Assembly (NCBI GenBank): GCA_965263355.1
Contig: CBDHHL010000056.1
Location: forward strand, 1,856,001 to 1,920,000
Direction of reading: 5' to 3'
Source: Leptolyngbyaceae cyanobacterium
GTDB lineage: Bacteria > Cyanobacteriota > Cyanobacteriia > Phormidesmidales > Phormidesmidaceae
Length of the DNA stretch: 64,000 nucleotides
The position numbers and the translations under genes were made by a program. Positions 20,617 to 29,455 of this stretch are shown piece by piece (positions within the stretch are counted from its first letter, which is position 1; every line of letters starts with the position of its first letter). Under the pieces are notes generated by a model. The model saw only the letters and a list, made by a program, of their open reading frames with translations, had not been told where the DNA came from and searched no databases.

Positions 20617-22467
20617 TTATGCTGCAACTAGGGGTTTTAATTGGGCTAGCATTGCTCGCAATTCTTCGCCTTCAATGACTTCTTCCGTTAGCAGTTGTTG
20701 AGAAATACTTTCTAACAACTCTCGATTATGCCGAAGAATTGCTAATGCCTGGTTATGGGATGCTTCTACTATCCCTTTGACTTCCTCATCAATAGCTCTG
20801 GCTGTTGCTTCACTCATATTGCGACGAGCATTGGGCATGCCACTATCCAAAAATGAGCTTTGCTGACCTTTATCGTAGGCTAACGGCCCTAGCACATCGC
20901 TCATACCGTAAGTAGTTACCATTTGCTCAGCGACTTCTGTTGCCCGCTGTAAATCATTGGCAGCACCCGTCGTAATTGAACCAAAGACGACTTCTTCAGC
21001 AGAACGTCCTCCTAATAGTGTAGCTATCTGCCCTTTTAATTCCTCTTCGCTACGCAGAAAGCGATCTTCGGTCGGTAGCTGCAATGTATAACCCAAAGCG
21101 GCCATCCCCCTGGGCACAATAGAGATTTTTTCTACCTGGCCACTCCCTTCCATGAGAGCGCCCACCATGGCATGGCCGACTTCATGGTAAGCAACAATTT
21201 CCTTTTCTTTGTCGTTAAGCACACGACTCTTTTTTTCGAGACCTGCCACCACACGCTCAATGGCTTCGGCAAAGTCTGCTTGGATAACTGCCTGACGATT
21301 GTTACGGGCGGCTAGCAAGGCAGCTTCATTAACCAGGTTAGCAAGGTCAGCACCAGCAAATCCAGGAGTACGGGTAGCGATCGCAGTCAAGTCCACATTA
21401 TCTCCCAGTTTGACCTCTTGAGCATGAATTTTGAGGATCGCTGCACGGCCTTTAAGATCTGGACGATCAACCAGCACTTGACGATCAAATCGACCGGGAC
21501 GCAACAGAGCCTGGTCTAACGTTTCAGGACGGTTAGTGGCGGCTAAGACAATAATGGTATTATCCCCTGCACTAAAGCCATCCATTTCTGTCAGTAACTG
21601 ATTAAGCGTCTGCTCTCGCTCATCGTTACCGCCATAAAAGCCACCGGAAGCACGGGATTTACCAATGGCGTCAAGCTCATCGATAAAGACAATACAGGGA
21701 GCCTGTTTCTTAGCTTGCTCAAACAGGTCACGTACCCGTGAGGAACCTACACCTACAAATAGCTCAATAAACTCAGAACCAGAGATACTAAAGAAGGGGA
21801 CGCCTGCTTCACCAGCAACAGCCTTAGCCAACAAGGTTTTACCGGTCCCTGGTGGCCCAACTAGCAATACTCCCGTAGGAATCTTGGCTCCAATATCGGT
21901 AAACCGCTTGGGAGTTTTCAAAAAGTCAACGATCTCTACCAGCTCAGTTTTAGCCTCTTCAACACCTGCCACATCCTCAAAGGTAACTTTGGTGGATTCA
22001 TCTTCTACGTAGACTTTGGCCTTACTTTTGCCAATGGAGAGTGCTCCCTGAGGACCACCCCCTCGGGCTAAGAAAAAGCGCCAAACTGCAATAAAGATTA
22101 ACGGTGGAATCACCCAGCTTAATAAACTACCTATCCACTGATTTTGAGCTGGGGGAGTAGCAGCAAACTCCACACCATTGGCTTCTAGAAGATCTGGCAG
22201 TTTTAAGTCAAAAATCGGTGTTGTGGAGTAGACTGCGCCAGGCTCACCCAACTCATTTTTCACTTGGTAGCGGATTTCATTTTGCCCCACAGATGCTTTG
22301 ATCACCTCATGCTCCTGCACCTGGTGGATAAACATGCTGTAAGGGGTTCGTGGGGTGCGCTGAATGGGTAGGAAAATATTTACCGTCAGCAAAATTGCCC
22401 CTAGCAAAAAGAGAAGGTTGCTGATTTGTTGGAAACGTGGCGGTCGTGGATCTTTATTGACTGGCAT
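20617..22467 (-). CDS. ftsH: ATP-dependent zinc metalloprotease FtsH (FtsH4-like by N-terminus)
   Basis: Two TMs, [32 protein letters not shown] zinc motif. Confidence 0.95.
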   Translation of the reverse strand: MPVNKDPRPPRFQQISNLLFLLGAILLTVNIFLPIQRTPRTPYSMFIHQVQEHEVIKASVGQNEIRYQVKNELGEPGAVYSTTPIFDLKLPDLLEANGVEFAATPPAQNQWIGSLLSWVIPPLIFIAVWRFFLARGGGPQGALSIGKSKAKVYVEDESTKVTFEDVAGVEEAKTELVEIVDFLKTPKRFTDIGAKIPTGVLLVGPPGTGKTLLAKAVAGEAGVPFFSISGSEFIELFVGVGSSRVRDLFEQAKKQAPCIVFIDELDAIGKSRASGGFYGGNDEREQTLNQLLTEMDGFSAGDNTIIVLAATNRPETLDQALLRPGRFDRQVLVDRPDLKGRAAILKIHAQEVKLGDNVDLTAIATRTPGFAGADLANLVNEAALLAARNNRQAVIQADFAEAIERVVAGLEKKSRVLNDKEKEIVAYHEVGHAMVGALMEGSGQVEKISIVPRGMAALGYTLQLPTEDRFLRSEEELKGQIATLLGGRSAEEVVFGSITTGAANDLQRATEVAEQMVTTYGMSDVLGPLAYDKGQQSSFLDSGMPNARRNMSEATARAIDEEVKGIVEASHNQALAILRHNRELLESISQQLLTEEVIEGEELRAMLAQLKPLVAA

Positions 22468-22675
22468 GGGCTGAAGTTCCTTACAGAAATGTCCTTAGCT
22501 TTAGCCTATCAACGTAACTAGAGAAAAAAACTGATTGAAAACCGTACAGTGGCAGTTCGGGTTTTCAACGTTTTTTGTGTACAGCCAGAATAATCTTTCA
22601 GCTTCAAGAAATGCATGGAGCAAGGTAAAAGTAAAGAACATGCAATACATTCCAAGGAAAGTTGATATATTAAAT

Positions 22676-22835
22676 GCTTCCGGTTAGCATCCGATAAATA
22701 TACTGGCGATGCGGAAGCCAGAGGAGCCGAGCACAGGTCAATTTAGGCGTAGAGAGCGGATATACTGCTCCTTCATACTATGAATAAAGCCTATAACAAA
22801 CCACCCCCGGTGCTTTTCGCACCGGGGGTTATTAA
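22676..22835 (+). ncRNA. Candidate structured small RNA (unassigned family)
   Basis: Extended -10 TGnTATATT at 22663-22671, several consecutive hairpins, strong terminal GC hairpin; no long ORF. Confidence 0.4.
22803..22835. terminator. Strong GC hairpin, possibly bidirectional terminator
   Basis: ACCCCCGGTGC-TTTTC-GCACCGGGGGT, 11-bp perfect stem flanked by A/T-rich sequence. Confidence 0.75.
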
Positions 22836-22955
22836 TATGAAATTCTGTGTGCTAGCTCTCCCTAATGCGGAGTATCCATAAGGAAGTTTCCCTACCGGGC
22901 CTTATGCAGGATTAATGGATTTGAGCTTGATATGGAATACAACACCGTTGCATGC

Positions 22956-24530
22956 TTAAAGCCTGGCCATAATGTGAATAGCAGCTGCTTGCAGTGGTGC
23001 CACTTCAAACCTTGCTTTGCCCTCTACATCCACCATAATCAGTTGCTCACAGCTGGCTAGCGTATCATTAGCTATTGCAACTAATACCTTAGAAGCATCC
23101 TCGGCCAACACATTGCAATAGCTACCAGTCGGTAGCCCCGTCATCAATGTTTCACGCAGGGGATTGCTTTCATTATTAATCACCACAAATCCTCGACTAC
23201 CTCGGGCAAATGCGATTTGGTTATTGCCGTTATCCCACCAATGGTTAACGGTAGAAGTGACTTGGACCACATTGCGAAATTCCACCATATTGGCAATGTC
23301 AGCCCAGCGATGTTCACATATCCAATCATGACCACAACTTACTGGCAATGTTTGCCCCTCATCGTCAGCGGGGGGACCAAACCAATTACCCTGCTCCCGT
23401 GGCCAGTTATAGCTGGACATAATTTTAGGGGTGCCGTACGGCCAAGCCAACATAAACACATTGGCTAGGCGATAACTTGCGCCATTATTTGGTGGTGCGT
23501 AGAAGGTGACAATATTGCGATCACGACTCCGCTGGGTCTTGTGGTTATCCGTAAACACCACCGCCTTATGACTAGGCATCAGCCCCCAAGCTTCACCAAA
23601 CAGCATCAAGTTTTTTAGCGCACCATGGCGCACCTGCTCCCCTAGATTACGACCATAGCGAAACTCAGTGACTGCTCCATGCCCCAAATAATCACTAGCC
23701 TGAATGGTCATGTTACTAGAACTGGCGACTTCCTGATATACAAAGGGACGACCACCAGCACCATGAAACGTAATATTCAAGGGACGTAGACGGCGCAAAA
23801 TCTTGGCCAGATGAGGGGCCGGAATATGTTGAGCGGAGTCAATCCGAAACCCAGCTATACCAAGGGCCAGTAGTTCATTCATGGCAGTTGCAATCGTCGT
23901 CTGCACATTTGCACTACCCGTATTCAAATCCTGTCGCCCATCTGCTTGACAGGTCTGCACCTGCCAGGACTGTTCAACATAGTCATAGGTTTCAATGGAA
24001 CAGGGCTGATTAAAATCAGCTTTGGTGTAAGGCACACCAGGATAGGAAAACTGTGCGGTATCAAAATCGCTCCCCCCAATACCCTGACCAGCCCCCTCAC
24101 TGGCCATATGGTTGATAACCACATCGGCATAGACTTTGACGCCAGCATTTTGGCAGCGGCTGATCATATCCGCCAAGTCTGCTCGATTACCACTGCGGCT
24201 CGATAGCTTGTAGCTAACTGGCTGATAGCGCTGATACCAGGGAAAAACAACTGTATCCTGAGCAATTATCCGATGCTCATGGGGTGGCGAAATTTGCACA
24301 GCCCCATATCCCTTTGGACCTAGCCAAGTCTCACACTCTTGGGCAATATCTGTCCAAGGCCATTCAAATAACTGCACAATCACAGAATGGGAGCTGGCTG
24401 CTTGCCGTCCACCAGTGGGTGGAGGTAGCTGAGCGGCTACGTGACACCCTCCCATCCCCAGGGTGCAGGCTACAGCTAACAATCGCCTGACAGATGACGC
24501 CAGTCGTCCTAAAGTTACCAGGGAGCCCAC
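22956..24530 (-). CDS. GH13 alpha-amylase-like (animal/actinomycete-type) probable lipoprotein, catalytic Asp of region IV replaced by Lys
   Basis: QLFEW, GYGAVQISPP, WYQRYQPVSY, DVVINHM, GFRIDSAQH, VYQEV, FTDNHK, IMSSY, WICEHRW; N-terminal LGMGGC lipobox-like. Confidence 0.85.
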   Translation of the reverse strand: MGSLVTLGRLASSVRRLLAVACTLGMGGCHVAAQLPPPTGGRQAASSHSVIVQLFEWPWTDIAQECETWLGPKGYGAVQISPPHEHRIIAQDTVVFPWYQRYQPVSYKLSSRSGNRADLADMISRCQNAGVKVYADVVINHMASEGAGQGIGGSDFDTAQFSYPGVPYTKADFNQPCSIETYDYVEQSWQVQTCQADGRQDLNTGSANVQTTIATAMNELLALGIAGFRIDSAQHIPAPHLAKILRRLRPLNITFHGAGGRPFVYQEVASSSNMTIQASDYLGHGAVTEFRYGRNLGEQVRHGALKNLMLFGEAWGLMPSHKAVVFTDNHKTQRSRDRNIVTFYAPPNNGASYRLANVFMLAWPYGTPKIMSSYNWPREQGNWFGPPADDEGQTLPVSCGHDWICEHRWADIANMVEFRNVVQVTSTVNHWWDNGNNQIAFARGSRGFVVINNESNPLRETLMTGLPTGSYCNVLAEDASKVLVAIANDTLASCEQLIMVDVEGKARFEVAPLQAAAIHIMARL

Positions 24531-24913
24531 TGAACTTCACTACCTGCGATCGCAGGGAAACTCATTGTTTCAATAGGCAAAGCACACATCCTATAGCCTC
24601 AATATATATTTAACGTTGGCCCCGTATTATCTAACACCAGTACTCAGGTAGCCAAGTATTATTTTTTACACAGAAGTGCTCCATCTCCAGCAGTTTTTGA
24701 AATTTTTTTTAACCTTTCACCCTAAGGTACCTAATACAAAAACCTGCTTCCAGAGGGGGAATACCCCTAAAAACAGGCTTGATTAGTTTAGATTCAATGA
24801 ATCCTAAGCTGAGGTTATGGCAAGGACAAGCTTAGGACTTCGGTTTCGAACAGTGATGAGTGGTATATCACTTTCTGATTGGTCAATTCTGATTGGTCAA
24901 TTCGGAACCAAAG

Positions 24914-25246
24914 CTACCAGCCCTTATCAGCCTGAGCTAGTACATACGCTGCTACATTTTCAATTTGCTCAGGTGTTAAACGACCACGAAAAGGAGGCAT
25001 CGCACCATTCCCCTTGGTTACCTGAGTAACAATAGCCTCCAGCGTATCCTTACCATACTTTTCTAGATCAGGCTTCTTTAAGGTCTTCTGCTGGTTAACT
25101 GCATTGCCGCCGCCAATGTGGCAAGCTGCACAGTTGGTGGTAAACACTGTTGCACCAGCAGTAGCATCAGCTGCCATAGCAGGAGATGCATTGAGAAAAA
25201 TCGCCCCTGCTACCAATGCAATCACAGCAGTCAAAATAGATTTCAT
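24914..25246 (-). CDS. petJ: Cytochrome c6
   Basis: Signal peptide AMA-AD, CAACH haem motif, GNGAMPPF axial Met, C-terminal KGW. Confidence 0.95.
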   Translation of the reverse strand: MKSILTAVIALVAGAIFLNASPAMAADATAGATVFTTNCAACHIGGGNAVNQQKTLKKPDLEKYGKDTLEAIVTQVTKGNGAMPPFRGRLTPEQIENVAAYVLAQADKGW

Positions 25247-25353
25247 AAGATTCTCCTCTCAAAAAACACAAACTTGTATCTAATTGACTCGACAACCAGT
25301 ATTCAAGTCTAGTCAAGGAATCAGGATGATTGATAGCTCAGCTGGTGGTCAAA

Positions 25354-25366
25354 TGACAGGCAGTCA
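25354..25366. promoter_or_regulatory. Palindrome TGAC-N5-GTCA, candidate PetR (copper switch) operator
   Basis: TGACAGGCAGTCA between divergent petJ and petE; matches the GAC-N5-GTC motif I recall for PetR. Confidence 0.5.
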
Positions 25367-25671
25367 AATCATAAACAATTGTGAAGCAACCTTTCCTGAT
25401 AGGGTTGCTCCAGATTGCCAGCCGCAAGCTGGGAGTAAACGAGTCTTGAAATTACCGTTTGCCCCTTGATTCGCAATCGTTTTCATAGCAATAGAACATG
25501 GTTGATAAACCGCCACGTATTTCTTCAGAGCGACTACTTGCCGTTATTGATACATAAAGGCATGGTTTTCATGGCTCTGATGGCACAAGGCATTCTAAAA
25601 TAATGTATAGATGAAGCAAATTTGGGACTATCCTGAGTAATTCATCCAAATTCAACCTTGAGAGAACCACC

Positions 25672-26076
25672 ATGACCTTTATCAACCGTGCTTTGCGAGC
25701 CATTGGTGCTTTGCTAATTACTGCTGCTTTAGTTTTTGTGTCAACTGCTGTTAGTGCTGCTCCTGCTTACGCTGCTGACTACTCCGTCAAGATGGGTTCC
25801 GATGCTGGCTTGCTCCAGTTTGAGCCCGCAAACCTAGAAATTAGCGCTGGTGACACTGTCACTTGGATCAATAACAAGATGGCCCCCCATAATGTTGTTT
25901 TTGATCCCGCTGGTACTCCTGGTGGTAAGACTGTTGCTGACAAGCTGACTCATACTCAGTTAACATTTGCTCCTGGTGAAAGCTATTCTTCCACTTTCGC
26001 TGAGCCCGGTACTTACAGCTATTTCTGTGCACCTCACCGTGGTGCTGGTATGGTTGGCAAGATCGTTGTTAAATAG
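25672..26076 (+). CDS. petE: Plastocyanin
   Basis: Signal peptide, PHNVVF and [11 protein letters not shown] copper ligands. Confidence 0.96.
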   Translation: MTFINRALRAIGALLITAALVFVSTAVSAAPAYAADYSVKMGSDAGLLQFEPANLEISAGDTVTWINNKMAPHNVVFDPAGTPGGKTVADKLTHTQLTFAPGESYSSTFAEPGTYSYFCAPHRGAGMVGKIVVK

Positions 26077-26135
26077 CTTTATTTACTAAGCTACTAGTGT
26101 TTTAGGCTAGTTGCTTTAATTTGAGCATCATTATC

Positions 26136-26170
26136 AAAAGGAGTTGGTTCGCACTGAACCAGCTCTTTTT
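26136..26170. terminator. Bidirectional rho-independent terminator between petE and the ABC ATPase
   Basis: AAAAG-GAGTTGGTTC-GCACT-GAACCAGCTC-TTTTT. Confidence 0.75.
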
Positions 26171-26175
26171 AATGT

Positions 26176-27810
26176 TTAGTTTTTTTGGGCTAACAGTGGA
26201 GCTGCTGATAGTAGAGTTTTTGTGTAAACGTGCTGGGGTGACATAAACAGTTGCTCTGTTGGCTTGAGTTCAACGATTTTGCCGCTGTGCATAACGGCGA
26301 TGCGATCGCATAAATAACGAGCCACCCACAAATCATGGGTAATAAATAAATAGGTCAAATCCAACTCATCCTTGAGTTCTAGCATCAGCTCTAATACCTG
26401 AGCCTGAACACTAGCATCCAACATGCTGACTGGTTCATCACAGATCACCAGCTTGGGCTTAGTAATCAAAGCTCGAGCAATGGCCACCCGCTGTTGCTGC
26501 CCGCCGGATAAATCGCCCGGATAGCGGTTGTAATAATCCTCGGTTGGAGTTAGCCCCACCCGCTTTAACATGTCATGCACCTGCTGTTTGGCTGCCGAAG
26601 CACTGGCCAAACCATGAATAATCAACGGATCGGCAATGCCTCGACCGACGGTCATCATGGGATTTAGACAGGCATGGGGGTCTTGAAAAATCATTTGGAA
26701 ATTACGTCTTTGGGCCTGAAGTTTTGCCCGTGACATTCCCACCAGATTTTGGCCCATAAACTCTATACGGCCTGATGTAGGTGGAATAATCTGCATAATG
26801 GCACGGGACAAGGTACTTTTACCGCAGCCTGATTCTCCCACTAGTCCCAATACTTCACCGGGATGTAAATCTACTGAAATGCCATCTACGGCCTTAATGA
26901 TTTCCGGTGGCGTTCGGTTAAACGCCTTTGAGAGCAGAGTTGGCTCAATGGTGTAATGCTTTACCAAACCTTGAACCCTTAGCAGAGGGGCTGATGTAGT
27001 TTCCTCTAGGGCAACAACATCAGCTTCATAATTTTGTAATTGATGAGCGGCCTGTAATAGGGATTTGGTGTAATCTGCTTGGGGCTGATAGAGCACTTGT
27101 TCAGTCAGGCCTAGCTCCACAAGTTTGCCCTGGAACATGACAGCAATGCGATCGCAATATTCTCCCACCAAGGCCAGGTCATGGGAAATCAAAATCATGG
27201 CCATGCCGCGCTCACGACAAAGCTGAGTCAGCAAGTCTAAAATTTGGGCGGAGACGGTCACATCCAAGCTGGTGGTTGGTTCGTCTGCCACAATCAGCTT
27301 GGGGTTGAGCAGTAAGGCTAAGGCAATGGCTACCCGCTGACGCATACCCCCACTAAACTCATGGGGATACTGTTCCCAGCGGTTGGCAGGGATATTGACC
27401 GATGCGAGAGTGGCGATCGCAATGTCCTTAGCACCCTGTTTAGATAAATCAGAACGATGGGCCTGCAGAGTTTCCACACAGTGCTCCCCAATGGTCATCA
27501 GTGGATCCAGGCGAGTCATCGGGTCCTGAAATACCAACGAAACGGCTTCACCTCTAAACCGCCGAATATCCTCACTTGAAAACCCAAACACATCTCGCCC
27601 TTCAAACAGGGATGTTCCCTGAGTCTGGCTTCCCCCAGGTAGCAATCGCAATGCCGCTCGGCCCAGCGTAGATTTGCCACAGCCCGACTCTCCCACCAAC
27701 CCCAGCATCTCACCCGGTTGTAAAGTCAAAGACACGTTATCCACAGCCCAACTTTGCTGACGTGGATAAGCAACACAAAAACTATTCAGTTGCAACAACG
27801 GGGACGTCAT
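26176..27810 (-). CDS. Dual-domain ABC transporter ATP-binding protein (peptide/nickel DppD-DppF-like)
   Basis: Two GESGCGKST Walker A, FSGGMRQR and LSGGQQQR signatures, DEPT/DEPV Walker B. Confidence 0.92.
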   Translation of the reverse strand: MTSPLLQLNSFCVAYPRQQSWAVDNVSLTLQPGEMLGLVGESGCGKSTLGRAALRLLPGGSQTQGTSLFEGRDVFGFSSEDIRRFRGEAVSLVFQDPMTRLDPLMTIGEHCVETLQAHRSDLSKQGAKDIAIATLASVNIPANRWEQYPHEFSGGMRQRVAIALALLLNPKLIVADEPTTSLDVTVSAQILDLLTQLCRERGMAMILISHDLALVGEYCDRIAVMFQGKLVELGLTEQVLYQPQADYTKSLLQAAHQLQNYEADVVALEETTSAPLLRVQGLVKHYTIEPTLLSKAFNRTPPEIIKAVDGISVDLHPGEVLGLVGESGCGKSTLSRAIMQIIPPTSGRIEFMGQNLVGMSRAKLQAQRRNFQMIFQDPHACLNPMMTVGRGIADPLIIHGLASASAAKQQVHDMLKRVGLTPTEDYYNRYPGDLSGGQQQRVAIARALITKPKLVICDEPVSMLDASVQAQVLELMLELKDELDLTYLFITHDLWVARYLCDRIAVMHSGKIVELKPTEQLFMSPQHVYTKTLLSAAPLLAQKN

Positions 27811-27866
27811 AGAGTGCAGTAATTACCCTTCCACAATTAAACGTGCAGATGCTCACATTGTGAGGA

Positions 27867-28436
27867 TTATTTGTCAAACCGCCTCATTAAATAGGCCACC
27901 CCAAAATCTCCATTGGGATGCTCTTCGAGCAACCTGGCCAACTCAAATAATTTTTCAGAAATCTCGGGTCCTAACTTGTCTGTAGTTGCCAATCGCTCAC
28001 GAAACTCAGTCTCCGCAATCCGCACATGGCTTTGCCAAGCATCTGTAAATAGCACAGGGATATAAGCACTCAACCCCAATTGATTAAGGACTTCCCATTC
28101 ACCATCATCACACCAAATACCCTTACAGCCAGGACAACGCTCCACAAAGAATGCAGCTTGCCTCAAGTTAATTTTGCCACGGACTAGGTACAACCCACAG
28201 CTTGGGCATAGCCCAGCCCGATTATCGTAGCGAGAAGGCTGATAGACAATGTCATGGTTAATAGGTACCGTTACGCCATCAACTCTGAGAGCTGGGTCTA
28301 CTTGGGTAGCCTGCCATGCCTGATAATTTTCAGACGGAATCCAAGCACCACTGCACGTTGGACAACTATAGGCACTAAGTCCATCAACTAACCGGCTTAC
28401 TAGAAGTGAGTCCTGAGGATGTTTTGGACAGAACAT
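27867..28436 (-). CDS. Zinc-ribbon (zf-TFIIB-like) protein
   Basis: CPKH, CPTC.GAW, CPSC, ERCPGCKGIWCDDGE. Confidence 0.75.
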   Translation of the reverse strand: MFCPKHPQDSLLVSRLVDGLSAYSCPTCSGAWIPSENYQAWQATQVDPALRVDGVTVPINHDIVYQPSRYDNRAGLCPSCGLYLVRGKINLRQAAFFVERCPGCKGIWCDDGEWEVLNQLGLSAYIPVLFTDAWQSHVRIAETEFRERLATTDKLGPEISEKLFELARLLEEHPNGDFGVAYLMRRFDK

Positions 28437-28612
28437 CGCCCTCCATAAATAAGGTGCACAAATGCTAGATGAGCATATCTACTACATTCCCATGCAGCAC
28501 TGTAGTTTTTAGTCCGAGAAAACTCAAGTTTTAACCAATTTCTGTCTAATTGTGGCATCGGCCTATATGTACTATGGCCCATACCATTCCAAGGCTTTAC
28601 CATTGAAAATTA

Positions 28613-28957
28613 TTACTCACAAAGGTTAATTAAAACCTGAGTAAACCCCTGGAGCTGTTGCAATCGTTGCTCCAAATGTTCTAGACGTTGTTGATAAGTC
28701 TGACTATGGCGAGCTGATTGAAAAAAGCTAACCTCAATGGCTAAGAGCCTCATATGGCGATGCATTTCTGTGATGGCTGACTGCCATTGAGACTGGGATG
28801 ATTCTGTTTGCGCCACCTGAGGCCATAAAGTCTGATCAAAAAAACGCTGCAAAATCTGCACTTCTTTAATCATTTCTCTCTGACCGATAACGGTCTGGCA
28901 TTGCGCTAACTGCTCCCTATAGTTATAAAGGGCATCACCAACGGCGGCAAATGTCAT
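28613..28957 (-). CDS. patD: PatD-family protein
   Basis: S..TEMHRHMRLL..EV.FFQSAR...T.QQRL motif; divergent from rsh, as I recall for Anabaena patD. Confidence 0.7.
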   Translation of the reverse strand: MTFAAVGDALYNYREQLAQCQTVIGQREMIKEVQILQRFFDQTLWPQVAQTESSQSQWQSAITEMHRHMRLLAIEVSFFQSARHSQTYQQRLEHLEQRLQQLQGFTQVLINLCE

Positions 28958-29190
28958 GATTTAATAATAAAATAAGATTTTTATAAACCTAATCAAACTG
29001 ATTTTTTTATATCTGTAGCTTTTATATAAGTACCTTACTGTTCTGCAATAAGACGCGTAATCTAGAAAAAGAGAAGCAGACGACGCAGTTGTTAGTCTAA
29101 GTAGCCTAATCAGTTGATATACCCTCGCCTAAATCATTCTGTTAAGTCATTCATAGTAATCATTGGCAGACTCAGCATCAGACTGTAGTT

Positions 29191-29204
29191 GTAAGGTTTT
29201 ATAC
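29191..29204. promoter_or_regulatory. Candidate NtcA box (GTA-N8-TAC) in the patD/rsh divergent region
   Basis: GTAAGGTTTTATAC; no canonically spaced -10 found. Confidence 0.35.
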
Positions 29205-29455
29205 TCTTAATCTATCCTACGAATAGAGGTCAATCTTCTTGGGCAAGATACATTTTGAAGGTTTGATGTATTTTGTCACAGGAATAATTTCTGAACGTAG
29301 GGCAAATGATTGCGGCTCTTGCTTAAGGCTAGGCACCAGCAATCTGCAGTTAATACATACTCTGGTAATGGAGCATAACGTACTGAACTTGGCAGTATTT
29401 AAGCCGCCCAGAGTCATCTTTGGTCTTTCCAGTTTTATCCTCCCCTCGATCTACC

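Noticed and set aside
22700..22770. c-di-AMP (ydaO) riboswitch assignment for the structured region
   Set aside because: Some 5' resemblance, but the conserved CCCGTCAGCTAAC 3' element is missing and no gene follows on that strand
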